A stretch of 64,000 bases of DNA from Candidatus Binatia bacterium (GTDB taxonomy: Bacteria; Desulfobacterota; Binatia; UBA9968; JAJDTQ01). The first letter of the stretch is position 1. Every line of letters begins with the position of its first letter. Below are positions 8,249-18,200 of the stretch, piece by piece. Location of the stretch: assembly GCA_963666515.2 (NCBI GenBank), contig OY762897.2:3872001-3936000 (forward strand), given 5' to 3'. Below the pieces are notes generated by a model, which worked only from the letters and a program-made list of their open reading frames with translations, did not search any database and was not told the origin of the DNA. A program made the position numbers and the translations under genes.

Positions 8249-11200
8249 ATGCGGTTCAGTGAGTCCTCCATGATCCGTTTCTTCGTCCGCCACCCCACGG
8301 CTGCAAACCTGGTGATGATCGGGTTCATCCTGGTGGGGCTGGCGTTCGCCGGCACCATCAAGCGCGAGACCTTTCCCGAAATACCGTCCAAGTTGGTGGA
8401 AGTGCAGGTGCGTTTTCCGGGAGCCTCGGCGCTGGACGTGGAAGACGGCATCTGCCTGCGCATCGAGAGCGTGGCGGACGCCATCGACAACCGCGCGGAG
8501 ACCCGTTGCGAGGCTCGGGAAGGGCTGGCGGTGGCCACCCTGGAGATGCGCGAGGGCGGCGACCTCGACCGCTTCCTCGACGACGTCAAGAACCAGGTCG
8601 ACGGCATCCAGGACTTTCCCGACGAGGCCGAGCCGCCGGTGGTGCGGCAACTGGGGCTGAGGGACACGGTTGCGAACATTGCCGTGGCCGGGCCGTTGCA
8701 GCCGGAAGGACTGAAGGCCTACGCGGAACGAGTCAAGGACGACCTGCTGGCGATTCCGGGGGTCGCCCGGGTCCGGCTTCAGGGTTTCTCCCAGCGTCAG
8801 ATCCGCATCGAGGTCCCGGCCTCCACCATGCGCCAGTTCGGGCTCAGCGTGGACGACTTGGCCGATGCCGTAGCCGGCCAGAGCGTGACCCTCCCGGCGG
8901 GGTCGGTGGAGACCCGCGACAGCACGGTGCTGATCCGGTTCGACGACGAACGGCGGAGCCCCCAGGCGTTCGAAGGGCTGGTGGTGGTGGCTTCGGCCAG
9001 CGGCGCCGTGGTCCGGTTGGGGGACATCGCCACCATCACCGACCGATTCGAGCGACTCGGGGAAAAGAACGTCTTCAACGGCCAGCCGGCGGCCTTTCTG
9101 GTCGTGGAGAAGAACCGGGACGACGACATCCTCCACGTCATCGACGAACTCAACGCCTACCTCGAAGATCAGCGCCGCCGCGCGCCGCCGGGCATGGTGT
9201 TCGAGGTCACCCGCGACATCGCCTCCATCGTGCGGGACCGCCTGACCATGCTGTTGAACAACGGCATGCAGGGGCTCGGGCTGGTGTTCCTGGTCCTGTG
9301 GCTGTTCTTCGGGTGGCGCTATTCGTTCTGGGTCACCGCGGGGCTGCCGGTGGCCTTCATGGGCACCGTCGCCGGCATGGCGTTCATCGGCTACTCCTTC
9401 AACATGATCACCATGGTGGCCCTGCTCATCGGCGTCGGCCTGATGATGGACGACGCCATCGTCATCGCGGAGAACATTGCCCGCCATCGCAGCGCCGGGC
9501 GGTCGGTCACGGATGCGGCGGTGGAGGGAACCCGCGAGGTGGCCCCGGGGGTGGTGGCGTCGTTCCTGACCACGGTCGCCGTGTTCGGGGCGCTGGGCTT
9601 TCTCCGGGGCGACATCGGCGCCGTGCTGCGGGTCTTGCCGGTGGTCATAATCCTGACGCTGTCGTTCAGCCTGGTGGAGGCGTTCCTGATCCTGCCGCAC
9701 CACTTGATGGGGACGTTGGAGGCCGTTGGCCCGGCGCGGCCCCGCGGTTTCCGTGCTCGATTCGAGACCGGCCTGGAGCGCTTCGCCGATGGGTTCGTGG
9801 GACGCCTGGTGGATGCCGCGGTGTCGTGGCGCTACCTCACGGTGGGGGTGGTCGCGGGCCTGTTCCTGGCGTCGGTGGCGGTGATGGCCGGCGGCGTGCT
9901 CAAGTTCAAGGTCTTCCCCAGTACCGAGGGCAACATCCTCGAGGCGCGCCTGCTGCTTTCGCAGGGGACGCCGCTGGCCCGCACCGAAGCCGCGGTGGAA
10001 CGGGTGGTGGCGGCCATACGGGCCGTGGACGAGGCCTACGCCGCCGGCCGGGCCGATGGCCGGAAGATGGTCCAAAACATCGGCATTCAGTTCAGCCGCA
10101 ATCTTGATGCCAATGAGTCGGGGGAGCACCTGGCCACCGTCACCGTGGACTTGGTGGGGCCCGAGTCACGCTATGCGTCGCTGGACGAGATCGCCGGCCG
10201 GTGGCGGGACGAGGTGGGGATGCCGCCGGACATGGTTGCGCTGAGCTTCGGGGAGCCGCGCAACCCGGTCTCCGCGAGGCCCATCGACCTCCGTCTGCTG
10301 GGGGACGACGTGGAAGCGCTGAAGGCCGCTTCCGGGGAGTTGTTGGAGTGGCTCCGCGGTTATGACGGCCTGCTCGATCTCTCCGACGACCTGCGCCTCG
10401 GCAAGCCGGAGCTGCGCGTGCGGCTGCGGGAGGGCGCCCTGGTCTTGGGGCTCACCGCGTCCGAGGTGGCGCGGCAGCTTCGGGCGGCGTTCTACGGCCG
10501 CCGCGCCGGCGAGTTCCAGGTCGGGGCGGAGGACTACGAGATCGACATCCGTTTGTCCGGCCGCGACCGGGACAGCCTCGCCGACCTCGGGCGCTTCACC
10601 GTCACCCTGCCGGGCGGAGAGCAGGTGCCGTTGCACACGGTGGCCACGCTGACCTCCGAGCGGGGCTATGGCCGCATTCACCGCATCAACGGCCGCCGCG
10701 CGGTGACCGTCCAGGGTGAGCGGGATTCTACGAGGGCCAATGCCGCGGAGGTTCTCGACGATACGAAGGCGCGGTTTCTGCCCGGGCTTCTGGCCCGGTA
10801 CCCGGGCGTCAGCGTGGGGCTCGAGGGTCAGGCGCGCCAGTCGGAGGAGACCGGGTCGTCGCTGGGGCGCAACTTCCTGGTCGGGCTGGCCGCCATCTTC
10901 CTCCTGCTGAGCTTCCAGTTCCGCAGCTACATCGAACCCCTGGTGGTCATGGCCTCCATTCCCGTGGGCCTCCTGGGGGTGGTCGTCGGGCATCTTGCCC
11001 TGGACCTGGAGCTTTCCATGCCCAGCCTGGTGGGGTACGTCTCCCTTGCGGGTGTGGTGGTCAACAACGCCATCGTGCTGGTGGCCTTCATCAAGATCCA
11101 CCGCCGCGGCGGCGAGTCCGCGGAGGCCGCCTCGCGGCGCGCCGCCCGGCAGCGCTTTCGCGCCATCCTGCTGACCTCGCTGACCACGGTGGCGGGGGTG

Positions 11201-11362
11201 CTTCCGCTCCTCACGGAGACCAGCCTCCAGGCCCAGGTGCTGATCCCGCTGGTGACCAGCCTCGCTTTCGGCTTGGCCGCGTCCACGTTCCAGGTGCTGT
11301 TCCTGGTGCCTGTGCTGTATTCCATCCTGGACGACTTCGGTTGGACCGAGGACGTGAGGTAG
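8249..11362 (+). CDS. RND efflux transporter permease (AcrB/AcrD/AcrF family)
   Basis: 1037 aa with two large soluble loops and two TM bundles. TM4 proton-relay MDDAIVIAEN and RFRAILLTSLTT are present. The start could instead be the ATG at 8270 (MIRFF). Confidence 0.92.
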   Translation: MRFSESSMIRFFVRHPTAANLVMIGFILVGLAFAGTIKRETFPEIPSKLVEVQVRFPGASALDVEDGICLRIESVADAIDNRAETRCEAREGLAVATLEMREGGDLDRFLDDVKNQVDGIQDFPDEAEPPVVRQLGLRDTVANIAVAGPLQPEGLKAYAERVKDDLLAIPGVARVRLQGFSQRQIRIEVPASTMRQFGLSVDDLADAVAGQSVTLPAGSVETRDSTVLIRFDDERRSPQAFEGLVVVASASGAVVRLGDIATITDRFERLGEKNVFNGQPAAFLVVEKNRDDDILHVIDELNAYLEDQRRRAPPGMVFEVTRDIASIVRDRLTMLLNNGMQGLGLVFLVLWLFFGWRYSFWVTAGLPVAFMGTVAGMAFIGYSFNMITMVALLIGVGLMMDDAIVIAENIARHRSAGRSVTDAAVEGTREVAPGVVASFLTTVAVFGALGFLRGDIGAVLRVLPVVIILTLSFSLVEAFLILPHHLMGTLEAVGPARPRGFRARFETGLERFADGFVGRLVDAAVSWRYLTVGVVAGLFLASVAVMAGGVLKFKVFPSTEGNILEARLLLSQGTPLARTEAAVERVVAAIRAVDEAYAAGRADGRKMVQNIGIQFSRNLDANESGEHLATVTVDLVGPESRYASLDEIAGRWRDEVGMPPDMVALSFGEPRNPVSARPIDLRLLGDDVEALKAASGELLEWLRGYDGLLDLSDDLRLGKPELRVRLREGALVLGLTASEVARQLRAAFYGRRAGEFQVGAEDYEIDIRLSGRDRDSLADLGRFTVTLPGGEQVPLHTVATLTSERGYGRIHRINGRRAVTVQGERDSTRANAAEVLDDTKARFLPGLLARYPGVSVGLEGQARQSEETGSSLGRNFLVGLAAIFLLLSFQFRSYIEPLVVMASIPVGLLGVVVGHLALDLELSMPSLVGYVSLAGVVVNNAIVLVAFIKIHRRGGESAEAASRRAARQRFRAILLTSLTTVAGVLPLLTETSLQAQVLIPLVTSLAFGLAASTFQVLFLVPVLYSILDDFGWTEDVR

Positions 11363-11842
11363 TCAAGGCAACAGGAGGTGCCGCTGTACCTTCGGGAGAC
11401 CACTTTGACTGAGTCGCCGGGCTTGAGGGGAATTACGGGAAATTGTGATACTCGAACTGGCAATCCACACGAAACGGCGATTGTCGCTGGCGAAATCGGT
11501 CAGCCGTCGGAGTTCCGGCGCCTCGCCATTCAACCAGTCTTTCAGCCATTGGAGCTTCTTGAGAACAGCAGAAACTTCACTTGTCGTCGCCGAATGAACT
11601 TCGACCCAGATTGCCTGCTCCTTCCCGTGTGTTGGCTTATAGCCGAGACCGTAATCCCACCGCGGTTTAGCGGCGTGGGCTGGCGTTTTCTGGAGTGCTG
11701 AATCAAGATCTATACTCCCGGTCAGCCGCCGTGCATCTGGGCATGTCACACGGCTGCTATACTTCGCCAAAGCCTGTTTCCCGGCACGATAGGCCTCGTT
11801 CACTGGGGAAGGCGCGGTTTCAACAGCCGCCTTGAAGGTCAT
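11363..11842 (-). CDS. Hypothetical 159-aa protein with a PD-(D/E)xK-like motif, coupled to the ATPase
   Basis: The ATG at 11842 overlaps the ATPase stop (ATGA). Sequence SIDLD...RWDYGLGY...WVEVH...KKLQWL. The N-terminal 95 aa in the ORF track overlap the ATPase and are unlikely to be real. Confidence 0.75.
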   Translation of the reverse strand: MTFKAAVETAPSPVNEAYRAGKQALAKYSSRVTCPDARRLTGSIDLDSALQKTPAHAAKPRWDYGLGYKPTHGKEQAIWVEVHSATTSEVSAVLKKLQWLKDWLNGEAPELRRLTDFASDNRRFVWIASSSITISRNSPQARRLSQSGLPKVQRHLLLP

Positions 11843-13002
11843 GACGTTTCGGCCGACCTGCGGGTTGCGACTTCGGCGACTACATCCCCAACCTTGCCGG
11901 AGAATTCGGTGAGTCCACCCCATCCTCCTTCGGCGATGTTGTCCGATCCGGGATCGAGGTCCGATATGTCGTGAACAATGCCGTCGCGTTTGAAATAGTA
12001 GGTTCTGAACGCGCTCTCTAGAGCAGACCCAGCAAGTTCTTTCGTCTTCTTGTTGGAGGCCAAGCCAAGAAGCTTCAGGACATCCCTGGTCTGTCCGCCG
12101 TTCTCCTGGAAGAAGCGTAGCGCCCAAACGACGTCAAGGACATGGGGCGAATGGGTAGAGATGCAGATGCGGTATCCACGCAACCGCAACTCCATGATAA
12201 GATTGAGGACAGCGCCGATTCCGTTCGGATGCAGCCCCGTTTCCGGTTCCTCGATCACAACCCACTCAAGATCGTCGCGTCGCGACACTTTCGACGGTGG
12301 CAAGAGCCAATACAGCCCGAGCAACAGCGGCACGAATTCACGCTGCCCGGCTGACCATACGAGGTATGGCAAGGCCTGAACCATACTTCGGTTCAGAACA
12401 AGCCGGCCTTGGTGTCCCGACGTATCGGTGCGCAACTCGAAACCGCCGAAAATGTGTCTGTCCAACGGTACTCGCAGGGTTTTCGCCAAACGTTGTCGAC
12501 GCGGAAAGACACCTTCATCGAGACCTATTTCGTTTTGCACGATGCCATGGAGTTTTTCGCTGAAGTCCCGCAGGACGAACGGATCGCCGGCCCGGTACTC
12601 CGTGAACGGACGGGTCATTCCGTCGCGTAAGCTCATCACCCGCTGCGCGGGAATGTAGAACAGTTTCTCCGGAGCATCGGATCGACTTGGGCGTGTGTAG
12701 GTCAAGAGATCGGTTGTCTTATGTGCTCGGCCGAGAAACAATCGGCTGTTGTCCTTGGACCAAATGGACGCCATTCCTTCACCGAAATAAAGATCGAAGA
12801 AATTGCTCGCATAACCCCGCTGCGCCAAACCAAAACGCTGCATGGTTTTGTGAATCGCAGGTCTGTCCAAGAGCAATTTCAGAAGTTGGAGGAAGATGCT
12901 TTTTCCGGTCGCCTGCGGCCCTACGAATATTGTAACGTCACCGAGCTGGATATCCGCTTCGGTGACCGGCCCAATATTGGTTGCTCTTAGCCGCTGGATC
13001 AT
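11839..13002 (-). CDS. ABC-type (AAA_15/AAA_21) ATPase, putative defence-associated
   Basis: Walker A GPQATGKS, YIPAQR, signature WSAGQ, Walker B/D-loop VVIEEPETGLHP, H-loop STHSP. No TM segments. SD GGAGG. GC is lower than the flanks. Confidence 0.88.
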   Translation of the reverse strand: MIQRLRATNIGPVTEADIQLGDVTIFVGPQATGKSIFLQLLKLLLDRPAIHKTMQRFGLAQRGYASNFFDLYFGEGMASIWSKDNSRLFLGRAHKTTDLLTYTRPSRSDAPEKLFYIPAQRVMSLRDGMTRPFTEYRAGDPFVLRDFSEKLHGIVQNEIGLDEGVFPRRQRLAKTLRVPLDRHIFGGFELRTDTSGHQGRLVLNRSMVQALPYLVWSAGQREFVPLLLGLYWLLPPSKVSRRDDLEWVVIEEPETGLHPNGIGAVLNLIMELRLRGYRICISTHSPHVLDVVWALRFFQENGGQTRDVLKLLGLASNKKTKELAGSALESAFRTYYFKRDGIVHDISDLDPGSDNIAEGGWGGLTEFSGKVGDVVAEVATRRSAETS

Positions 13003-13252
13003 GCCTGGACTGCCTCCGTTTCCATGAGCACTACTCCGACAAGCTGAAACCTGCGCCGCAACTTACAGGAAGATCCTCTCGGAAAGCAAGTTGATCACCG
13101 GACGCCCGTCTTTGGTGTGCCTCGCGCAAATCCCTCCCGTTCTGTTGCTTTCTCCAATAACTACGATAGCTTGTTGACTTGTGGGTGCGTGAGATTCGAG
13201 TCACCGGACCGGGCGGACCGGTGCCCGCCCGCCGGTGTCGGAAGGGTGGACG

Positions 13253-15061
13253 ATGCCTACCAGGGAGATCGCCACACTCGGTGACCTGCTCCGGTATCGG
13301 GCGGCGGCGACCCCGGACCGGACCGCCTTCGTGTTCCAGTCCTGGCGCCTGGACGAACCCGACGAGGAAGAGCTGACGTACCGCGGCCTGCTGGCCCGCT
13401 CGCAGGCGGCTGCGGATGCGCTGAAGGCGCGCTGCCGCCGGCGCGACCGTGCCCTGATCCTGTGCCCGCCGGGGCTTGACTACATCGTATCGTTCTTTGC
13501 CTGCCAGCTTGCCGGTCTCGTGGCGGTGCCGGTGTATCCGCCGCGCAACGTCCAGCACATGGGCCGGCTCAGGGCCATCATCGAAGACGCCGGCGCGTCC
13601 GCCATCCTGACTCCGGAGAAGGCGACGGGCCGGCTGATGGACCTGTCCCGCTCCGGCGGCCCGGCCGCGGCCGTTCCGCTCCCGCCCCTGATCGCGGTTG
13701 ACTCCCTGGACGGCGCTGCCGCCGCGGATTCCTCCGGCCGCGCCCCCGGCATCGGCGCCGCCGACCTGACCTACCTGCAGTACACCTCGGGCACCACCGG
13801 AAGACCGAAGGGGGTGATGGTCAGCCATGCCGCCGCCCTGGCGCAGCTCAAGGCCCTCCAGGACCGGCTCCGCCTGGACGAAACGGACGTCGGCGTCTTC
13901 TGGCTGCCGCTGTTCCACGACATGGGCTTGGTGGGGGGGATGTTGCAGCCGCTCTTCAGCGGCTTCCCGTGCTACATGATGGCCCCGACCGCGTTTGCGC
14001 AGCGGCCCATGTCCTGGCTCCGCACCATCTCCAGGGTGCGGGGGACTTTCTCGTACGCTCCGAACTTCGCCTATGACCTATGCGCGTCGGCCTTCGATCC
14101 GGCCGTGCACGGCGACGGACTCGACCTGTCCTGCTGGTCTTTCGCCGGCAACGCTTCGGAAATCGTCCGCGCGGCAACGCTCCAACGGTTTGCCGACCGT
14201 TTCGCCCCGTACGGCTTCGTGGCCGAAAGCCTCTCGCCGTGTTTCGGCCTGGCCGAGTTCACGCTGATCGCCACGGCCCGGACGCGGCGCGTCAAGCCGT
14301 CCGCGCCCGCCGAAACCGCGAGCCGCGACAACGGGCCCGCGGGCGGCGGCGAGCCAGGCGAGCCAAGGGACGCGTCCGGCGGAGCGGTCGGCTGCGGTTC
14401 CATCGTGGACGATCATGCATTGAAGATCGTCGATCCCGACACCGCGGTCGAGTGCGCCGCAGGAGAGACGGGGGAAGTCTGGCTGTCGGGACCCTCCGTA
14501 GCCGGGGGTTATTGGCATCGCGCCGAGGAGACCGAGGCCGCCTTCGGCGCCCGGCTCGCGGAAGAGCCCGGCAGCGGGCCCTGGCTGCGCACCGGAGACA
14601 AGGGCGCGTTGATTGGCGGGGAGTTGCGTCTGCTGGGCCGTTTCAAGGAAATGATCATCGTCCGCGGGCGCAACCACTACGCCCAGGACCTGGAGGAGAG
14701 CGTGGCGGAAGCCTGCCCGGGCCTGAAGCGGGACCGGGCCGCGGCCTTCGGCGTCGTGGTGGACCTGCAGGGCCGCGCCGCGGCGCCGGACGGCGCTCTG
14801 GCCGAGGGCGAGGAGCGGGTGGTGGTCATCCAGGAACTCGACCGCGCCGGCCTGCGCCGCGGGGACACCGGCGCCGCCTGCGACGCCATGCGGCGCGCCA
14901 TCGCCCGCGACCACGAGGTGGAGCCCTACGCGGTGGTGCTGATCAAGCCGGCGACCCTGCCCCGCACGTCGTCGGGCAAGATTGAAAGAACGCGCGCCCG
15001 GACCCTGTTCCTGTCCGGAGGACTGGCCGAAGTGGACCGTTGGCAGCGCCCGGGCGACTGA
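13253..15061 (+). CDS. Fatty acyl-AMP ligase (FAAL), PKS starter loading
   Basis: AVPVYPP, YLQYTSGTTGRPKGV, WLPLFHDMGL, APNFAY, CFGLAE, WLRTGD, IIVRGRNHY, LPRTSSGK. Lies directly upstream of a PKS that begins with an ACP. Confidence 0.9.
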   Translation: MPTREIATLGDLLRYRAAATPDRTAFVFQSWRLDEPDEEELTYRGLLARSQAAADALKARCRRRDRALILCPPGLDYIVSFFACQLAGLVAVPVYPPRNVQHMGRLRAIIEDAGASAILTPEKATGRLMDLSRSGGPAAAVPLPPLIAVDSLDGAAAADSSGRAPGIGAADLTYLQYTSGTTGRPKGVMVSHAAALAQLKALQDRLRLDETDVGVFWLPLFHDMGLVGGMLQPLFSGFPCYMMAPTAFAQRPMSWLRTISRVRGTFSYAPNFAYDLCASAFDPAVHGDGLDLSCWSFAGNASEIVRAATLQRFADRFAPYGFVAESLSPCFGLAEFTLIATARTRRVKPSAPAETASRDNGPAGGGEPGEPRDASGGAVGCGSIVDDHALKIVDPDTAVECAAGETGEVWLSGPSVAGGYWHRAEETEAAFGARLAEEPGSGPWLRTGDKGALIGGELRLLGRFKEMIIVRGRNHYAQDLEESVAEACPGLKRDRAAAFGVVVDLQGRAAAPDGALAEGEERVVVIQELDRAGLRRGDTGAACDAMRRAIARDHEVEPYAVVLIKPATLPRTSSGKIERTRARTLFLSGGLAEVDRWQRPGD

Positions 15062-15180
15062 ACCATATCATTTTAGATATTGTATTTTTGAATATTGTTA
15101 TGAATTGTGTTCGGTTGTGCTTCAAGATTGGGGTATAATGGCGGTATCTTCTCGATATGTATGAATTTGTTCAGATTTTG
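15062..15180 (+). promoter_or_regulatory. AT-rich intergenic island with a putative PKS promoter
   Basis: TTCGGT (15110-15115), 17 nt spacer, perfect TATAAT (15133-15138), preceded by about 50 nt of A/T-rich UP-like sequence in otherwise ~70% GC DNA. Confidence 0.6.
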
Positions 15181-15212
15181 TCAGCCGGTATCTGCTCGCG
15201 AGGGAGACCGAG

Positions 15213-18200
15213 ATGAGTGCCGACAGGACTGACCCGAGAACGTTGGAGGCGTGGCTGCGGTCACGGATCGCGGAGGCCGCGGGTCTGCCGTCCGGCGAGG
15301 TGGGTCTGGACCGGGAACTGGCGGAGTTGGGGATCGACTCGCTGCGCGCGGCCCAGGTGGCCGCGGAGATAGAGGAGCGTCTGGGGGCGAGGTTCGACGC
15401 CAGCGAAATCTACGATCACCCGACCATCCGGAGGCTGGCGGCGTACCTGAGCGGCGGGCCGGACCGGGCATCGGAGGAGCGCAACAGGGCGCCGGCGGCG
15501 GAGCCCATAGCCATCGTCGGGATGTCGTGCCGTTTTCCCGGCGGCGGAGGATTGCCGGGATTCTGGCGGTTGCTGGAAAGCGGCGGCGATGGAGTGAGTC
15601 CGGGTCGCGGAGGCGACCTGGAGGAGCGGCTGGGACGGGTGTGGGCTGACGTGGGGACGATGGGACCGGGCGGCTACATCGGGGGGGTGGATCTGTTCGA
15701 CGCGGAGTTCTTCCGCATTGCGCCGGTGGAGGCGCGGCTGATGGACCCGCAGCAGCGGCTGTTGCTGGAGACCACCTGGGAGGCCCTGGAATGGGCGGGG
15801 ATTGACCCCGAAGGCCTCCGGGGAAGCCGGACCGGAGTGTACACGGGGATATCGAGCCACGATTACTGGGATTTGCTGTTGGCCTGCGGGGGGGAGGACT
15901 CGGAGAGCCTGTACATGGCGACGGGCGCGAGCATGAGCACCGCGGCGGGCCGGATCGCCTTTGCGCTGGGGCTGGCGGGGCCGGCGCTGGCGGTGGATAC
16001 GGCCAGCTCGTCCTCGCTTGTGGCGGTGCACCAGGCGGTGACGGCCTTGCAGTGGGGGGAGACGGACTTGGCGTTGGCGGGCGGGGTGAACGTGATGCTG
16101 TCGCCGGCGTTGACCGCGGCGTTCAGGAGCGGCGGGGTGCTGTCCCCGGACGGGCGCTGCAAGACGTTCGACGTGTCCGCCAACGGGATCGTGCGGGGCG
16201 AGGGCTGCGGGATGCTGGTGCTGAAGCGGTTGCGGGACGCGGAGGCTTCGGGTGACCGGATATGGGCCGTGATCCGGGGGTCGGCGGTGAACCAGGACGG
16301 GGCCAGCGCGGGCTTGGCGGCGCCGAACAGGTCGGCGCAAGAACGCGTGATCGAGGGCGCGCTGGCGCGGGCGGGGCTGGCGCCCTCGGAGGTGGACTAC
16401 CTGGAGGCGCACGGGACCGGGACGGAGTTGGGCGACCCGATCGAGATCCGCGCGGCGGCGACGGCGTATGGCGCGGGGCGCGACCCCGGGCGTCCTCTCC
16501 TGATGGGATCGGTGAAGACCAACATCGGACACCTGGAGGCTGCGGCCGGGGCAGCGGGATTGATCAAGGTGGTGCTGTCGATGGCGCACGGGGTGGTTCC
16601 GAAGCACCTGCATCTTCGCACGCCGACCCCGCGCGTAGAGTGGGAACTTCTGCCGGTGCGGGTGGCGCCGGACGGAGAGGCGTGGCCGGTGCGGGAGGGT
16701 CGTCCGCGGCGGGCGGGGATCAGCTCGTTCGGTTACGCGGGGACCAACGCTCACATGGTGGTGGAGGGATACGGAAGGGCGTCGGAGGCGGCCGGGTTCC
16801 TGCTGGCGGCGGGACCGGCGGTGGAGGTGAGCTGGCCGGAAGAGGTCGCGCGCCTGCGCCCCGAGGGGGGTGAAGCGCGGGCGGCCTCGCGGGGAAGGCG
16901 TCTGCTGCCGTTGTCGGGCCGGACCGAAGACGGGCTGCGGGCGCTGGCGGGCCGCTATCTGGAGTGGCTGGACGAAAGTACGCAGTCCACCTCCGACCCT
17001 GCCGGGGGGAGTCCGGGTCCGGGCGGGACGGACTGGCTGGGGGACGTGGCGTGGACGGCCGCGGTAGGCCGGAGCCACCGCGGCTTGCGCGCGCGGGTGA
17101 CGTTCGGCGGCGTCGAGGAGTTGCGCGAGAAGCTGGCGGCGCTGGCGGGCGGCGTGGATGCGGCCTCGGCGGCGTCGGGATCGGCGGGCGGAGCGCGGGT
17201 GGGGTTTCTTTTCACCGGACAGGGGAGCCAGTGGCCGGGCATGGGCCGGGACCTCTACGAGAGCGAACCCGTGTTCCGGGCGGTGCTGGACCGGTGCGAG
17301 GCGGAGGTGCGCGGCCTGCGCGGGGAGTCGTTGCTGGAGGTGATGTTCGAGCCGGGGCGCGGGGACGATCTGGCGGACACGCGCTGGACGCAGCCGGCCC
17401 TGTACGCGCTGGAGGCGGGTCTGCTGGAGCTGTGGCGGAGCGTCGGGGTGAGGCCGTCGGCGGTGCTGGGCCACAGCGTGGGAGAGATCGCCGCGGCCTA
17501 CGCCGCCGGCGCGTTCACGCTGGAGGCCGGGGCGCGGTTTGCCGCGGTGCGCGGCGGGTTGATGGGGTCGGTGAGCGAGGCGGGCGCCATGGCCGCAGTG
17601 TTCGGCCCGGCGGATTGGGTGTCGGGTCTGGTGGCGGAGTTGAACCGGGACGGCGCGGCGCCGGAACTGAGCGTGGCCGCGTACAACGGCGGGCACCAGG
17701 TCGTGAGCGGGGCCGCGGACGCCGTGGTCGCGGCGCTGGAGCGTTGCCGGTCGGAAGGGGTGCGGGCGGAGCGTCTTCGGGTGAGCCACGCGTTCCACAG
17801 CGGCTTGATGGAGCCGGTCCTGGACGAGTTGGAACAGGCGGCCGAGGACTTGCAGGCGTCGCCGCCGCGGGTGCCCCTGGCGAGCAACGTGACCGGCCGG
17901 ATGGCGGCGCCGGGAGAGGCGCTGGACGGGGCGTACTGGCGGCGGCACGCGCGGGAGCCGGTGGCGTTCGCCGCGGGGGTGCGGGCGCTGGCGGAGTCCG
18001 GGGTGGACGTGCTGGTGGAGGTGGGGCCGCGGCCGGTGCTGGGGCCCATGGCATTGCTGGCCTGGCCGGGAGAGGAGGCGGGTGAAGCGGCCGGGTCTTC
18101 CGGGGAATCGCCGGGCACGCGGCCCGGAAGACCGCTGGTGCTGCCGAGCCTGAGGCCGCCGGAACAGGGCGGCGGCGGGGGGTTCGCGGAAGCGGCCGCG

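Noticed and set aside
11843-12127. N-terminal extension of the 254-aa ORF in the track
   Set aside because: It overlaps the ATPase coding region. The ATGA-coupled start at 11842 is more plausible.
13185-13210. GTGAGATTCGAGTCACC resembles a tRNA T-loop or att remnant beside the ATPase cassette
   Set aside because: No cloverleaf, no proper 5-bp T-stem, no second copy at the other end of the cassette, and no integrase.
101-15000. Many alternative-frame and antisense ORFs over the metabolic genes (e.g. 2024-3142, 8186-10129, 8506-10107, 13031-13918)
   Set aside because: Each overlaps a well-supported gene, is low-complexity, and is expected at this GC content.
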